Part shown: piece after piece, positions 24,519-32,000 of the stretch
Layout: each line of letters opens with the position of its first letter
Numbering within the stretch: position 1 is the stretch's first letter
From: Candidatus Electronema aureum
GTDB taxonomy: Bacteria > Desulfobacterota > Desulfobulbia > Desulfobulbales > Desulfobulbaceae
Assembly (NCBI GenBank): GCA_004284765.1
Contig: NQJD01000029.1
Coordinates: 1,387-33,386, forward strand
Direction of reading: 5' to 3'
DNA length: 32,000 nucleotides
The notes under the pieces: generated by a model
The model's input: the letters and a program-made list of their open reading frames with translations, nothing else
What the model was told of the DNA's origin: nothing
The model's database searches: none
Made by a program: the position numbers and the translations under genes

Positions 24519-24578
24519 AGCCTACATGCTAGATGCGGCTCCGCACTTGTGCAATAATTTAACACTTTGGAGATTTTC

Positions 24579-25025
24579 ATGAAAAAGACACATCTTATGG
24601 GTGCTGCTCTCACCGTACTTCTGTTTTCGTCGTGCGTTGGTGCCAACAAGGCACAGATGGGCGGCGTAGGCGGAGCGGCCGCAGGTGCTATTGCTGGCCA
24701 AGCCATCGGCAAAAACACTGGTGCCACCCTGATCGGCGCGGCTGTCGGCGGTACGCTGGGCTATATTATCGGCAACGAGATGGATAAATACGACCAGCAG
24801 CAATTGAGCAGAGCATACGAGACCGCACCTTCTGGCCAAACCACTTCTTGGGTGAATCCAGACAAAGGCAATCAGTATCAGGTTACGCCACAGCCCGCCT
24901 ACACCGCCCCTAATAACCAAATTTGCCGCAAGGCTGAGATCGTGGCAGTTATCGACGGCAGAACCGAACGCACCTACAGCACCGCTTGTCGCGATGGCTA
25001 CGGCAGCTGGCAGCTGCAAAATTAA
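24579..25025 (+). CDS. Glycine-zipper lipoprotein (17-kDa surface-antigen / RT0821-like family)
   Basis: A GGAG SD lies 6 nt upstream of ATG 24579. Lipobox: LLFSSC. Glycine zipper: GGVGGAAAGAIAGQAIG...GAAVGGTLGYIIG. C-terminal W.NPDKGN...CRKAE...ACRDGYGSWQL pattern. Confidence 0.8.
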   Translation: MKKTHLMGAALTVLLFSSCVGANKAQMGGVGGAAAGAIAGQAIGKNTGATLIGAAVGGTLGYIIGNEMDKYDQQQLSRAYETAPSGQTTSWVNPDKGNQYQVTPQPAYTAPNNQICRKAEIVAVIDGRTERTYSTACRDGYGSWQLQN

Positions 25026-25426
25026 TGAGTTCAGGTTTCTTCATGATGTCCACGAATTCCACTGCGGAGTTCGTGGACATCACCGAGCAGGCCCGGAAAG
25101 TAGTTAAGGTAGCGGAAATTGACGAAGGCATTCTTTACCTCTTCAACCCGCACACCACTGCTGGGCTAACCATCAACGAGGGCTGCGATCCAGCGGTGCG
25201 GCACGACCTGCTCGGCCTCTTCCAGCTGCTCATCTCCACCTCCTATCCCTGCTGTCACGCCGAGGGCAATTCGCCCGCCCACGCGCTGGCCACACTGACC
25301 GGCAGCTCTGTCACGGTGATCATTACCAAAGGCGAGCTGCAACTCGGTACGTGGCAGCACATTTTTTTTTGCGAATACGACGGCCCCAGAAACCGCAAGG
25401 TGTTCTGGAAGGTGCTGGCCGGATGA
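25025..25426 (+). CDS. yjbQ: YjbQ/UPF0047-family protein (secondary thiamine-phosphate synthase-like)
   Basis: EFVDITEQ, LFNPHTTAGLTINEGCDPAVRHDL, HAEGNSPAHALATLTGSS and GTWQHIFFCEYDGPR match the YjbQ family along its whole length. ATG 25025 overlaps the upstream TAA (TAATG). ATG 25043 is the alternative start. Confidence 0.85.
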   Translation: MSSGFFMMSTNSTAEFVDITEQARKVVKVAEIDEGILYLFNPHTTAGLTINEGCDPAVRHDLLGLFQLLISTSYPCCHAEGNSPAHALATLTGSSVTVIITKGELQLGTWQHIFFCEYDGPRNRKVFWKVLAG

Positions 25427-25677
25427 GCGCACAGCCGCCGGACACCGGCTTTTCCCAAATTTGCTTCGGCCTAAACCGGGAGCTTGACGAGTGCTCGCTT
25501 GCTCTCTTTCTCCGCTTGTTCAGCCGCGAGGAGCTGATGCACGCGCTAATTCCCCGCCTTGCTGATGAAGAAATCAGCAGCTTGGTTGATAATCTCACCG
25601 GCATTTTGCATAAACATTTGGAGGAAAAGGAATATCACGAACTTTTCCTCGGTGATTATGAGCATCATCATTCATAA
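25423..25677 (+). CDS. Small cytoplasmic protein, unknown function
   Basis: 84 aa counted from ATG 25423, which overlaps the yjbQ stop (ATGA). The sequence is helical and acidic, ending in EHHHS. No motif was recognised. Confidence 0.45.
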   Translation: MSAQPPDTGFSQICFGLNRELDECSLALFLRLFSREELMHALIPRLADEEISSLVDNLTGILHKHLEEKEYHELFLGDYEHHHS

Positions 25678-25704
25678 TCTACGCCACGTAATTAATAATT
25701 ATTG

Positions 25705-26847
25705 ATGAAAAAAACATTTATACCTTTTAACTGGCCTTACATGACAGGGAAGGAACTTTCTTGGATTGCAGAGGCGCACTTAAATGGAATTCTTGCTGGA
25801 GATGGTCCGTTCACTCAACGATGTAACGCTTGGTTAGAAAACCATACAGGCTGCTACAAAGCTTTATTGACTCATTCGTGTACAGCAGCTTTGGAAATGG
25901 CCGCGTTGTTGATAGATACTAAGCCTGGCGATGAAATTATTATGCCGTCATACACTTTTGTATCGACAGCAAATGCTTTTGTGTTGCGAGGAGGTATCCC
26001 TGTCTTTGTTGATATTCGTGAAGACACATTGAATATAAATGAAAGTTTGATCGAATCAGCTATCACAGATCGAACGAGGGCAATTGTACCTGTCCATTAC
26101 GCAGGAGTATCTTGTGAAATGGATACTATCATGTCGCTTGCTCAATATCATCAATTGAAAGTTATTGAGGATGCTGCTCAGGGCGTGATGGCTACATACA
26201 AAGGAAAAACACTCGGCACAATTGGAGATTTTGGTGCATATAGCTTTCATGAAACAAAAAATGTAATTTCTGGAGAAGGCGGAGCATTGTTAGTAAACGA
26301 TAAAAATTTATCTTTACGCGCTGAGATCATCAGAGAAAAAGGAACTGACCGTAGCCGCTTTTTTCGGGGAGAAGTTGATAAATACACATGGCAGGAAGCA
26401 GGTTCTTCTTTTTTGCCAGGTGAACTGACTGCCGCTTTTTTGTGGGCTCAATTAGAAGAAGCAGCTGTCATTACGGCAAGAAGGTTATCTCTTTGGGATA
26501 AATATCATGCTACATTTGCATCTATAGAGCGCGCTGGTCATGTACGTCGTCCAGTCGTTCCTGAAGAATGTGGTCATAATGCGCACATGTATTATCTCCT
26601 GTTGCGAGATATTCATGAAAGGACTTCCTTTATTGAGGCGATGAAACAAGATGGCGTTAATTGCGTCTTTCATTATGTACCTCTGCATTCTGCACCAATG
26701 GGATTAGCTTCTGGACGTACTGATGGTCTTTTGACTGTAACAAATGCAATATCAGAACGGCTCGTCAGGCTTCCGTTATGGCTTGGGTTAGAACAGCAAC
26801 AGGAACGTGTCATTGAAGCTGTAGAACGTTTTTTTATAGGTCGTTGA
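25705..26847 (+). CDS. dTDP-4-amino-4,6-dideoxy-sugar aminotransferase (DegT/DnrJ/EryC1 family, WecE-like)
   Basis: IPFNWPYMTGKELSWIAEAHLNGILAGDGPFTQRCNAWLENHTG parallels the WecE N-terminus. SCTAALEMAA, IMPSYTFVSTANAF and FHETKNVISGEGGAL (PLP-Lys region) are also present. The gene and both flanks are conspicuously AT-rich. Confidence 0.8.
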   Translation: MKKTFIPFNWPYMTGKELSWIAEAHLNGILAGDGPFTQRCNAWLENHTGCYKALLTHSCTAALEMAALLIDTKPGDEIIMPSYTFVSTANAFVLRGGIPVFVDIREDTLNINESLIESAITDRTRAIVPVHYAGVSCEMDTIMSLAQYHQLKVIEDAAQGVMATYKGKTLGTIGDFGAYSFHETKNVISGEGGALLVNDKNLSLRAEIIREKGTDRSRFFRGEVDKYTWQEAGSSFLPGELTAAFLWAQLEEAAVITARRLSLWDKYHATFASIERAGHVRRPVVPEECGHNAHMYYLLLRDIHERTSFIEAMKQDGVNCVFHYVPLHSAPMGLASGRTDGLLTVTNAISERLVRLPLWLGLEQQQERVIEAVERFFIGR

Positions 26848-26934
26848 TACAAAATAAATGGAGTGTTGGATAGAGCTTTAACTTGCGTCATTTCTGTTTG
26901 ATTATTTTTGTTCTGTTCTGCATTTGAGAAAAAC

Positions 26935-27825
26935 ATGTGCGTCGATCTCCACACTCATTCCGTTTATTCCGACGGTACTGCCACTCCGTCCCAACTGATC
27001 AGCATGGCTGTAGCAGGCGGCCTGACCGGTTTTGCTTTAACTGATCACGACACGGTAGAGGGCGTGCAGGAGGCGATGGTGCTGGGTGAGGAACAGGGAA
27101 TTGCTGTCATCAGCGGACTGGAACTCAGTGCCCGCCACGGCGAGGGCTGTATTCACATCCTTGGTTACGGCGTAGATGTAGAAAATTTACAATTAGCCGA
27201 AGGATTGGCCCAACTCCAAGAAGGTCGCACCGAGCGCAATTTGAAAATTCTGGCCAAACTGAACGGTTTGGGCATCGCCATTACCTCTGAGGAAACCGAA
27301 CGACTTTCCGGTTGCGGTCAGACCGGTAGGCCACACATCGCCCGTCTGCTGCTGGCTAAGGGCTATGTGCAGACGTTGAACCAAGCGTTCACGCTCTACC
27401 TTGGCAGAAACAAAGCGGCTTGGTGCGACCGATTTGCCTATTCAGCAGCGGAAACTATTGCTATAATACACGAAGCTGGCGGCGTGGCAGTGTTAGCTCA
27501 TCCCGGCATCATTGATCCAGAACTGAAAGCGCAGCCGCAGTTGATCCGTGAATTAGCCGAGCGGCATTTAGACGGAGTAGAAATTTACTACCCCGGCCAT
27601 AATTTCAAAATGATTCAGCTTTTCAGCGGGCTGGCCAAGCAGCACCGTCTGCTGGTCACTGGCGGCAGCGATTATCATGGCGACAGCCGGATCAAGGGAT
27701 TAGCTGGCAAGGCAACCGGCTTTTTTCCGCCTGATTCAATTATGGAACAAATCCGCGACCGCCTGCGCGTTTCTCGAACCCCGACCCCGGAAGTATTACA
27801 CCATGCAGACCATACTTGTTGTTGA
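26935..27825 (+). CDS. PHP-domain phosphoesterase (TrpH/YciV-like)
   Basis: MCVDLHTHSVYSDGTATPSQLI, GFALTDHDTVEG, VAVLAHPG and GGSDYHG are PHP metal-binding motifs. ATG 26935 is preferred over the ORF-track TTG 26908. Confidence 0.8.
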   Translation: MCVDLHTHSVYSDGTATPSQLISMAVAGGLTGFALTDHDTVEGVQEAMVLGEEQGIAVISGLELSARHGEGCIHILGYGVDVENLQLAEGLAQLQEGRTERNLKILAKLNGLGIAITSEETERLSGCGQTGRPHIARLLLAKGYVQTLNQAFTLYLGRNKAAWCDRFAYSAAETIAIIHEAGGVAVLAHPGIIDPELKAQPQLIRELAERHLDGVEIYYPGHNFKMIQLFSGLAKQHRLLVTGGSDYHGDSRIKGLAGKATGFFPPDSIMEQIRDRLRVSRTPTPEVLHHADHTCC

Positions 27826-29194
27826 CGATGAGCCGAATTATCTGATTGTTCTTTCTGAATTGCTGCGCGATGAGGACTACGAGGTCTTCACTGCCGATTG
27901 CGGTCCAGCAGCTCTGAAAATCGCCCGCGAGACCGATCTCGATCTGGTGCTGACGGACATGAAGATGCCGGGCATGGACGGCATTGAACTCTTAGCCCGG
28001 TTGAAGGAGTTTAACCGTCACTTGCCAGTGATCTTGGTCACGGCCTACGCCGAAGTGGGGAAAGCGGTCGAGGCTATGCACCTTGGTGCTTTCACGTACT
28101 TGGCCAAGCCTTTTTCCAATGAGGCTTTGGTCGCCTCGGTACGCAAGGCGGTAGAACATTACGGCCTCATCCGAGAAATCCACCGGTTACGCAGCGAAGC
28201 CGCACCTAAGTCTGGCTTTGGCGGCATGATTGGTAAAAATCCGAACATGCTGGCCGTTTATCGGCTGATTGAAAAAGTTGCTCCAGCCTTATCCTCAGTC
28301 TTGATTACCGGCGAATCTGGCACGGGCAAAGAGTTAGTGGCTCGCGCTGTTCACAATCTCAGCCCGCGCAAGGAAGCACCTTTTATTTCAGTCAACTGCG
28401 CCGCTTTGTCTGAGCATTTACTGGAAAGCGAGCTGTTCGGCCACGAGAAAGGCTCGTTCACCGATGCCTCGTTCATGCGCAAAGGCCGTTTTGAGCTGGC
28501 TGACACCGGTACCCTTTTCCTCGATGAAATCGGTGAGATGGCTCTGCCGCTTCAGACCAAGCTCCTCCGCGTTCTTCAAGAGCGAGCCTTTGAGCGGGTG
28601 GGCGGCAGCAAAACCATTCAGGTTGATGTCCGCATTTTGGCAGCCACGAACAAGGATTTGAAAGACGAAGTTGATAAGGGTAATTTCCGCGAAGACCTGT
28701 ATTATCGCCTCAATGTCATCCGCATTCAAATGCCGCCGTTGCGAGATCGGCAGGATGATATCCCGGCTTTGGTCCATCATTTCGTGGAGAAAAATTGTCG
28801 GCGGTTATCCAAAGAAAAACTTGAGATTACGCCAGAGGCTATGCGCTTGTTGGTCAGTCTGCCGTGGGAAGGCAACATTCGCGAGTTAGAAAACACCATC
28901 GAGCGAGCCGCAATTCTCTGTAATAACAACCGAATTGAAGCTGAGGATGTGCAACCGGATTCCAGTCAGCTGCCTACCCCTCAAGAGTGGAGTTCCGGCG
29001 TACAGCTGGAGCAGTTTGTGCCTGCTGGATTACCCTTAGCTGATATTCTCAACGGCATCGAGGAAAAGTTAGTGCGGCAGGCCTTGGAAGACTCAGAGCA
29101 AGTGCAGGCACGGGCGGCAGAAAAGCTCGGCATTACCAAGAGTTTGCTTCAATATAAAATGAAGAAATTCAATCTCCAGCGCAAGAAGAAATAG
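27803..29194 (+). CDS. Sigma-54-dependent response regulator (NtrC/Fis family: REC-AAA+-HTH)
   Basis: REC domain: ILVVDDEP...LVLTDMKMPGMDG. AAA+ domain: Walker A GESGTGKE, GSFTDA (GAFTGA-like sigma-54 contact loop), and LFLDEIGEM. C-terminal Fis-type HTH: AAEKLGITKSLLQYKMKKF. Its start overlaps the PHP gene end by 23 nt. Confidence 0.9.
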   Translation: MQTILVVDDEPNYLIVLSELLRDEDYEVFTADCGPAALKIARETDLDLVLTDMKMPGMDGIELLARLKEFNRHLPVILVTAYAEVGKAVEAMHLGAFTYLAKPFSNEALVASVRKAVEHYGLIREIHRLRSEAAPKSGFGGMIGKNPNMLAVYRLIEKVAPALSSVLITGESGTGKELVARAVHNLSPRKEAPFISVNCAALSEHLLESELFGHEKGSFTDASFMRKGRFELADTGTLFLDEIGEMALPLQTKLLRVLQERAFERVGGSKTIQVDVRILAATNKDLKDEVDKGNFREDLYYRLNVIRIQMPPLRDRQDDIPALVHHFVEKNCRRLSKEKLEITPEAMRLLVSLPWEGNIRELENTIERAAILCNNNRIEAEDVQPDSSQLPTPQEWSSGVQLEQFVPAGLPLADILNGIEEKLVRQALEDSEQVQARAAEKLGITKSLLQYKMKKFNLQRKKK

Positions 29195-30059
29195 GCCTGT
29201 GCTGGGCGGTGCGGATGCAGTCTGGTAGGGGTTTGCCACAGTCGCAACTGGCCCAGTTGAGTTTGCTACGGAGAATGGCAAAGTAGCCCTTGTGCGGTGA
29301 GCTGATCAGCCGCAGAGGTTTACTTGCTGCCACTACGGTCAAAAAGCTATTTTTCTGGATAACCCCAACCGGCATACCGTCTGCTACCACCTTAACTTTA
29401 CTGGCAGGCTGGGCCAGACTGGTTGTCACTTGGGTCTGCGGCGGCAGCAATACGGGCCGCGATTCGAGCATGAAAGGGCAGATCGGTGTGAGGAGAAGAG
29501 CCTGCAATCCAGCATGAGCGATAGGGCCGCCTGCGGAAAGATTGTAGGCGGTGGAGCCGGTGGGCGTAGAGATAATCAGGCCGTCGGCTTTGTACGTGGC
29601 CACGTATTCCTCGTCAGCCCAGCAACAGAGGCGCAGCAACGGCTCAGTGCTGCCCTTGAGGAGTACCACCTCATTGAGCGCAAACCAAGGCTTACCGACC
29701 GGTACTCCATTCCCATCCAGTAGCTGCGCCTTGAGCATCAGCCGTTCTTCAATGGTAATTCTACCGCAAAGTATCTCTTCTAAGGCTGGATACATTTCCT
29801 CTGCTGCCACCTCGGTGAGGAAACCGAGATAGCCAAGATTCACGCCAACCACCGGAATGCCGAGCCGAGCCGCCTGATCCGCGACGTGAAGCAGGGTACC
29901 GTCGCCGCCGAGGATAGTCAGCATATCCATATCCGGCTCAATCTGGTCTAAATCTGCCTTGATCGAGCGCTGCCTGAACCAAGCGGCCAGCTCTTCACCG
30001 ATCCGCTGCACCGGCGGCGAGTCTTTGCGAGTGATGATACCAACGCGGCGGATGCGCAT
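29169..30059 (-). CDS. nadK: NAD kinase
   Basis: GGDGTLL, VGVNLGYLGFL and STPTGSTAYNLSAGGPI motifs are present. About 25 extra C-terminal residues follow the usual ...LRSKLNW end. As a result the 3' end overlaps the convergent regulator gene by 26 nt. Confidence 0.9.
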   Translation of the reverse strand: MRIRRVGIITRKDSPPVQRIGEELAAWFRQRSIKADLDQIEPDMDMLTILGGDGTLLHVADQAARLGIPVVGVNLGYLGFLTEVAAEEMYPALEEILCGRITIEERLMLKAQLLDGNGVPVGKPWFALNEVVLLKGSTEPLLRLCCWADEEYVATYKADGLIISTPTGSTAYNLSAGGPIAHAGLQALLLTPICPFMLESRPVLLPPQTQVTTSLAQPASKVKVVADGMPVGVIQKNSFLTVVAASKPLRLISSPHKGYFAILRSKLNWASCDCGKPLPDCIRTAQHRPISSCAGD

Positions 30060-30064
30060 CGCGT

Positions 30065-30877
30065 TTATTTACCCAGCTCTTTCGAGCGGTCGGTTGCTGC
30101 TTTAACCGCTGCCATGACCGTGCCGCGCAGACCGTCCCGCTCCATCACCTGTAGCCCAGCAATGGTAGTGCCTCCGGGCGACGTGACTCGGCCTTTCAAC
30201 ACTGCTGCTGGCTCGCCAGTTTCCATCGCCAGCTTGGCCGAGCCAAAGAGGGTTTGTAAAGCTAACTGCTCGGCCAACGGTCGCGGGATGCCTGCCAAAA
30301 CTCCGCCGTCAATCAGTGCCTCTAAGAAAGTGAAGACATAGCCCGGCCCGGAACCACTGAGGCCAGTGACGGCATCGAGCAAATTTTCCGGCACTTCCAC
30401 GCAGGTACCGACAGCGGAAAATATCTGGCCGCACAGTGCCATGTCCTCGCGACTGGCGTTTTTGTTGCCGCTCATCGCCGAAGCACCAGCCAGCACTAAG
30501 GCGGGCGTATTGGGCATCACTCGGATGATGCGCATTTTCTCGCCGAGGCAGCGTTCCATCTGGCTGATCGTCACGCCAGCAGCGATGGAGATAAGCAGAT
30601 GCCTCGCGTTCAGATGCTCGCGATACAGAGCCAGCACCGGTTCCATAATCTGCGGTTTGATCGCCAGAATGATAATTTTGCTCGTTCCGGCGAGTTCAGC
30701 GGCGGATTCCGTGGTTTTCACCTGATACGTTGTTTCCAAGTATTCCCGACGCGTTACCGCAGGCTCGGCCACGGTGATGCTAGCTGCCTCAGATAAACCT
30801 GATTCGATTAGCCCGCGAATCAGAGCCTCGCCCATCTGTCCGCCGCCAATCATGCCGATAGATTGTAGTGCTATCAT
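30065..30877 (-). CDS. proC: Pyrroline-5-carboxylate reductase
   Basis: IGMIGGGQMGEALIRGL (Rossmann motif), RVMPNTPALV, GSGPGYVF and VTSPGGTTIAGL are present. GGAG SD. It sits 5 nt upstream of nadK. Confidence 0.92.
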   Translation of the reverse strand: MIALQSIGMIGGGQMGEALIRGLIESGLSEAASITVAEPAVTRREYLETTYQVKTTESAAELAGTSKIIILAIKPQIMEPVLALYREHLNARHLLISIAAGVTISQMERCLGEKMRIIRVMPNTPALVLAGASAMSGNKNASREDMALCGQIFSAVGTCVEVPENLLDAVTGLSGSGPGYVFTFLEALIDGGVLAGIPRPLAEQLALQTLFGSAKLAMETGEPAAVLKGRVTSPGGTTIAGLQVMERDGLRGTVMAAVKAATDRSKELGK

Positions 30878-31012
30878 TGTGTCTCCAATTTATTTTTAAA
30901 ATTACGCTTTCAGTTTTTCATTGAACATCGTTGCTGCAATCATCTCAGCCATATATTTTCCCATCCCGTTCATACGATGAAATCGCACATGTCCTCCCAG
31001 TGCTTCTTGTCG

Positions 31013-31312
31013 TCAATCAGCTGACATGTCGTCGACACGAATATTCAACCCGCACATTACCCGGCGTGGGGAAATCAAAGTGATCCCAGCGGACATCATG
31101 ATCGATCTCCAGTCGTCATCATGGGTGGGATTGGTGATGACAATGCGCGGCGAGCCAGCCGGAACCGGCTGCATTTCAAACGTCATCTTCGAGCAGTTGT
31201 TGTTCTCATCTGATTTAGGCACATTGCCCTGATAATCAGCGCAGGCCCTGGCGGTGTAGGTTCCCGGCGTGCTGGGAATATGCGCCCATGCTCGTCCGTG
31301 ATCTCCTCCCAC
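31013..31312 (-). pseudogene. Orphan gene fragment with CARDB/Ig-like motif
   Basis: The ORF contains PGTYTARACADYQGNVPKSDENNNC, which resembles the C-terminal strand pattern of CARDB-type domains (G.Y...v.aD..n.V.EsnE.NN). It has no credible N-terminus or SD and abuts the IS110 remnant. Confidence 0.3.
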
Positions 31313-31354
31313 TGCGCTGCGCCGGGATAAAGCTGATCGGCATCTGAACCGTCA

Positions 31355-31604
31355 TCAGATGCCTGCTGCGGAGCCGAACGCGCTGATCTGGGCCAGATTG
31401 ACCACGCTCACGGCATGGCCCTTTTTCGCGAGGAACGCGGCGGCGGCGGATTCCCAACAAATTCCGGTCGCCTCCATGCAGGAGGCCGTCAGCATCTCAA
31501 ATCCTTTCGGTGTGTTGGGAAATGACCTCGTTGCCATCTGGGAGCAGCAGGGCGACATCGAGCTTGGCTTTAGCGACATCGATTCCGAGAACGCTGACTG
31601 ACAC
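31355..31604 (-). pseudogene. IS110-family transposase/recombinase, 5' remnant with frameshift and truncation
   Basis: Minus-strand reading from GTG 31604 gives VSVSVLGIDVAKAKLDVALLLPDG, an IS110 N-terminal signature. It then shifts frame into ...RSFPNTPKGFEMLTASCMEATGICWESAAAFLAKKGHAVSVVNLAQISAFG (mEATG.Y...L...G..V.vvNp motif) and stops. The remaining ~250 aa of a normal IS110 protein are missing. Confidence 0.6.
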
Positions 31605-31719
31605 TCGTGACAAAACCTCCTGCAAACTTAACCTTGCGAATGCACGGCTTGGCCGGGCCATTGACACTTGCATCGGTCAGTTATATTCCGGTTGCGAAAA
31701 ATCTCAACTGAAATATAAA

Positions 31720-31835
31720 TAGGAGTTACGCAGTTCGATTGCCAAACCGTTGATTTTATTCAACTGGCGATTTATGCGGCAAAAAGACAACTTACTGTAA
31801 TGGTTGAGCTTCTCATTTCAACTGCGTAACTCCTA
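31720..31835. repeat. 16-bp perfect inverted repeat pair separated by 84 bp
   Basis: TAGGAGTTACGCAGTT (31720-31735) and AACTGCGTAACTCCTA (31820-31835) are exact reverse complements. The 7-mer TCAACTG occurs three times, at 31704, 31760 and 31818. Confidence 0.7.
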
Positions 31836-31849
31836 ACCCAAGTTGTGAC

Positions 31850-32000
31850 CTATAACATTGTTTTTTCAATGCCGTAAGCCAAGATAAAAAGAAAAACCTT
31901 CAATTCAAAGCCATGCGAGGTGACAGCATGAATATGCGCTGGAAATCTTTGGGTGATGACGCTGAATGCTGATTCGATGCGCTTTCGGATGAATTTGACT
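31850..32000 (-). mobile_element. C-terminal end of a DDE transposase (IS982-family-like), partial at window edge
   Basis: The minus-strand frame from 31999 reads VKFIRKRIESAFSVITQRFPAHIHAVTSHGFELKVFLFILAYGIEKTML*. The RKRIE..FS.....F......A.t..GF..K pattern is typical of IS982-type transposase C-termini. The N-terminal part lies beyond the window. Confidence 0.5.

Noticed and set aside
29169-29194. 26-nt 3'-end overlap of convergent nadK and the NtrC-type regulator, caused by a ~25-aa Cys-containing tail on NadK (ASCDCGKPLPDC...).
   Set aside because: It is probably just a late stop codon. The tail has no recognisable motif, and the overlap needs no special explanation beyond possible mutual transcriptional interference.
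30935-30951. Sigma-54 promoter-like sequence TGGCTGAGATGATTGCA (minus strand), about 60 nt upstream of proC.
   Set aside because: The GG and GC elements are one nucleotide too far apart (N6 instead of N5 between TGGCNN and TTGC), and sigma-54 spacing is strict. Other TGGCAC occurrences (8663, 15322, 22253) lack a correctly spaced TTGC or lie inside coding sequence.
30890-31012. Tiny ORFs just upstream of proC (e.g. MNGMGKYMAEMIAATMFNEKLKA, and ...DDKKHWEDMCDFIV in another frame).
   Set aside because: They are too short, lack an SD and lie in different frames. They are most likely debris of the gene destroyed by the IS insertions.
1-32000. CRISPR arrays, tRNA/rRNA genes, integrase or att sites, and toxin-antitoxin pairs.
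   Set aside because: No regularly spaced direct repeats, no conserved RNA gene sequences, no tyrosine/serine integrase ORF and no small paired ORFs with recognisable TA motifs were seen on either strand.

Overview
This window comes from the chromosome of a diderm (Gram-negative) bacterium. The taxon cannot be fixed from the window. hcp, a sigma-54 enhancer-binding protein and the codon style suggest an anaerobic deltaproteobacterium-like organism, but that is inference only. No rRNA, tRNA or CRISPR array was seen.

Housekeeping genes:
- Lipid A and LPS-core: lpxK and lpxC at 0.2-2.5 kb; msbA, an O-antigen-ligase/glycosyltransferase fusion, a GT9 heptosyltransferase and a GT2 at 15.7-21.8 kb.
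- Others: hcp, yjbQ, a wecE-like aminotransferase, a PHP phosphoesterase, an NtrC-type regulator, nadK and proC.

Accessory material lies between and around these genes:
1. A two-operon atypical Hsp70 locus at 5.2-12.8 kb. It comprises a sensor-less REC-histidine kinase, a 771-aa Hsp70-like ATPase with an inserted zinc ribbon, a zinc-ribbon/TM/LysM-like envelope protein, a 563-aa TPR-like protein, a J-like protein lacking HPD, and a GrpE-like protein. An HdeA-like gene is wedged in antiparallel.
2. A divergently transcribed two-gene operon at 13.1-15.1 kb, encoding a 2-TM protein and a secreted caspase (C14)-DUF1566 fusion.
3. A REP-associated tyrosine transposase (RAYT). Its GC-rich palindrome occurs once at the caspase gene's stop codon and once as a perfect 44-bp palindrome inside the RAYT ORF.
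4. A cytoplasmic NACHT-like NTPase fused to an FGE-sulfatase domain at 22.2-24.3 kb.
5. An IS graveyard at the right edge: an IS110 5' remnant, an IS982-like transposase tail and a structured non-coding spacer.

The Hsp70 locus, the caspase operon and the NACHT-FGE protein are the best candidates for an undescribed system. All functional statements rest on motifs read by eye. No searches were run.
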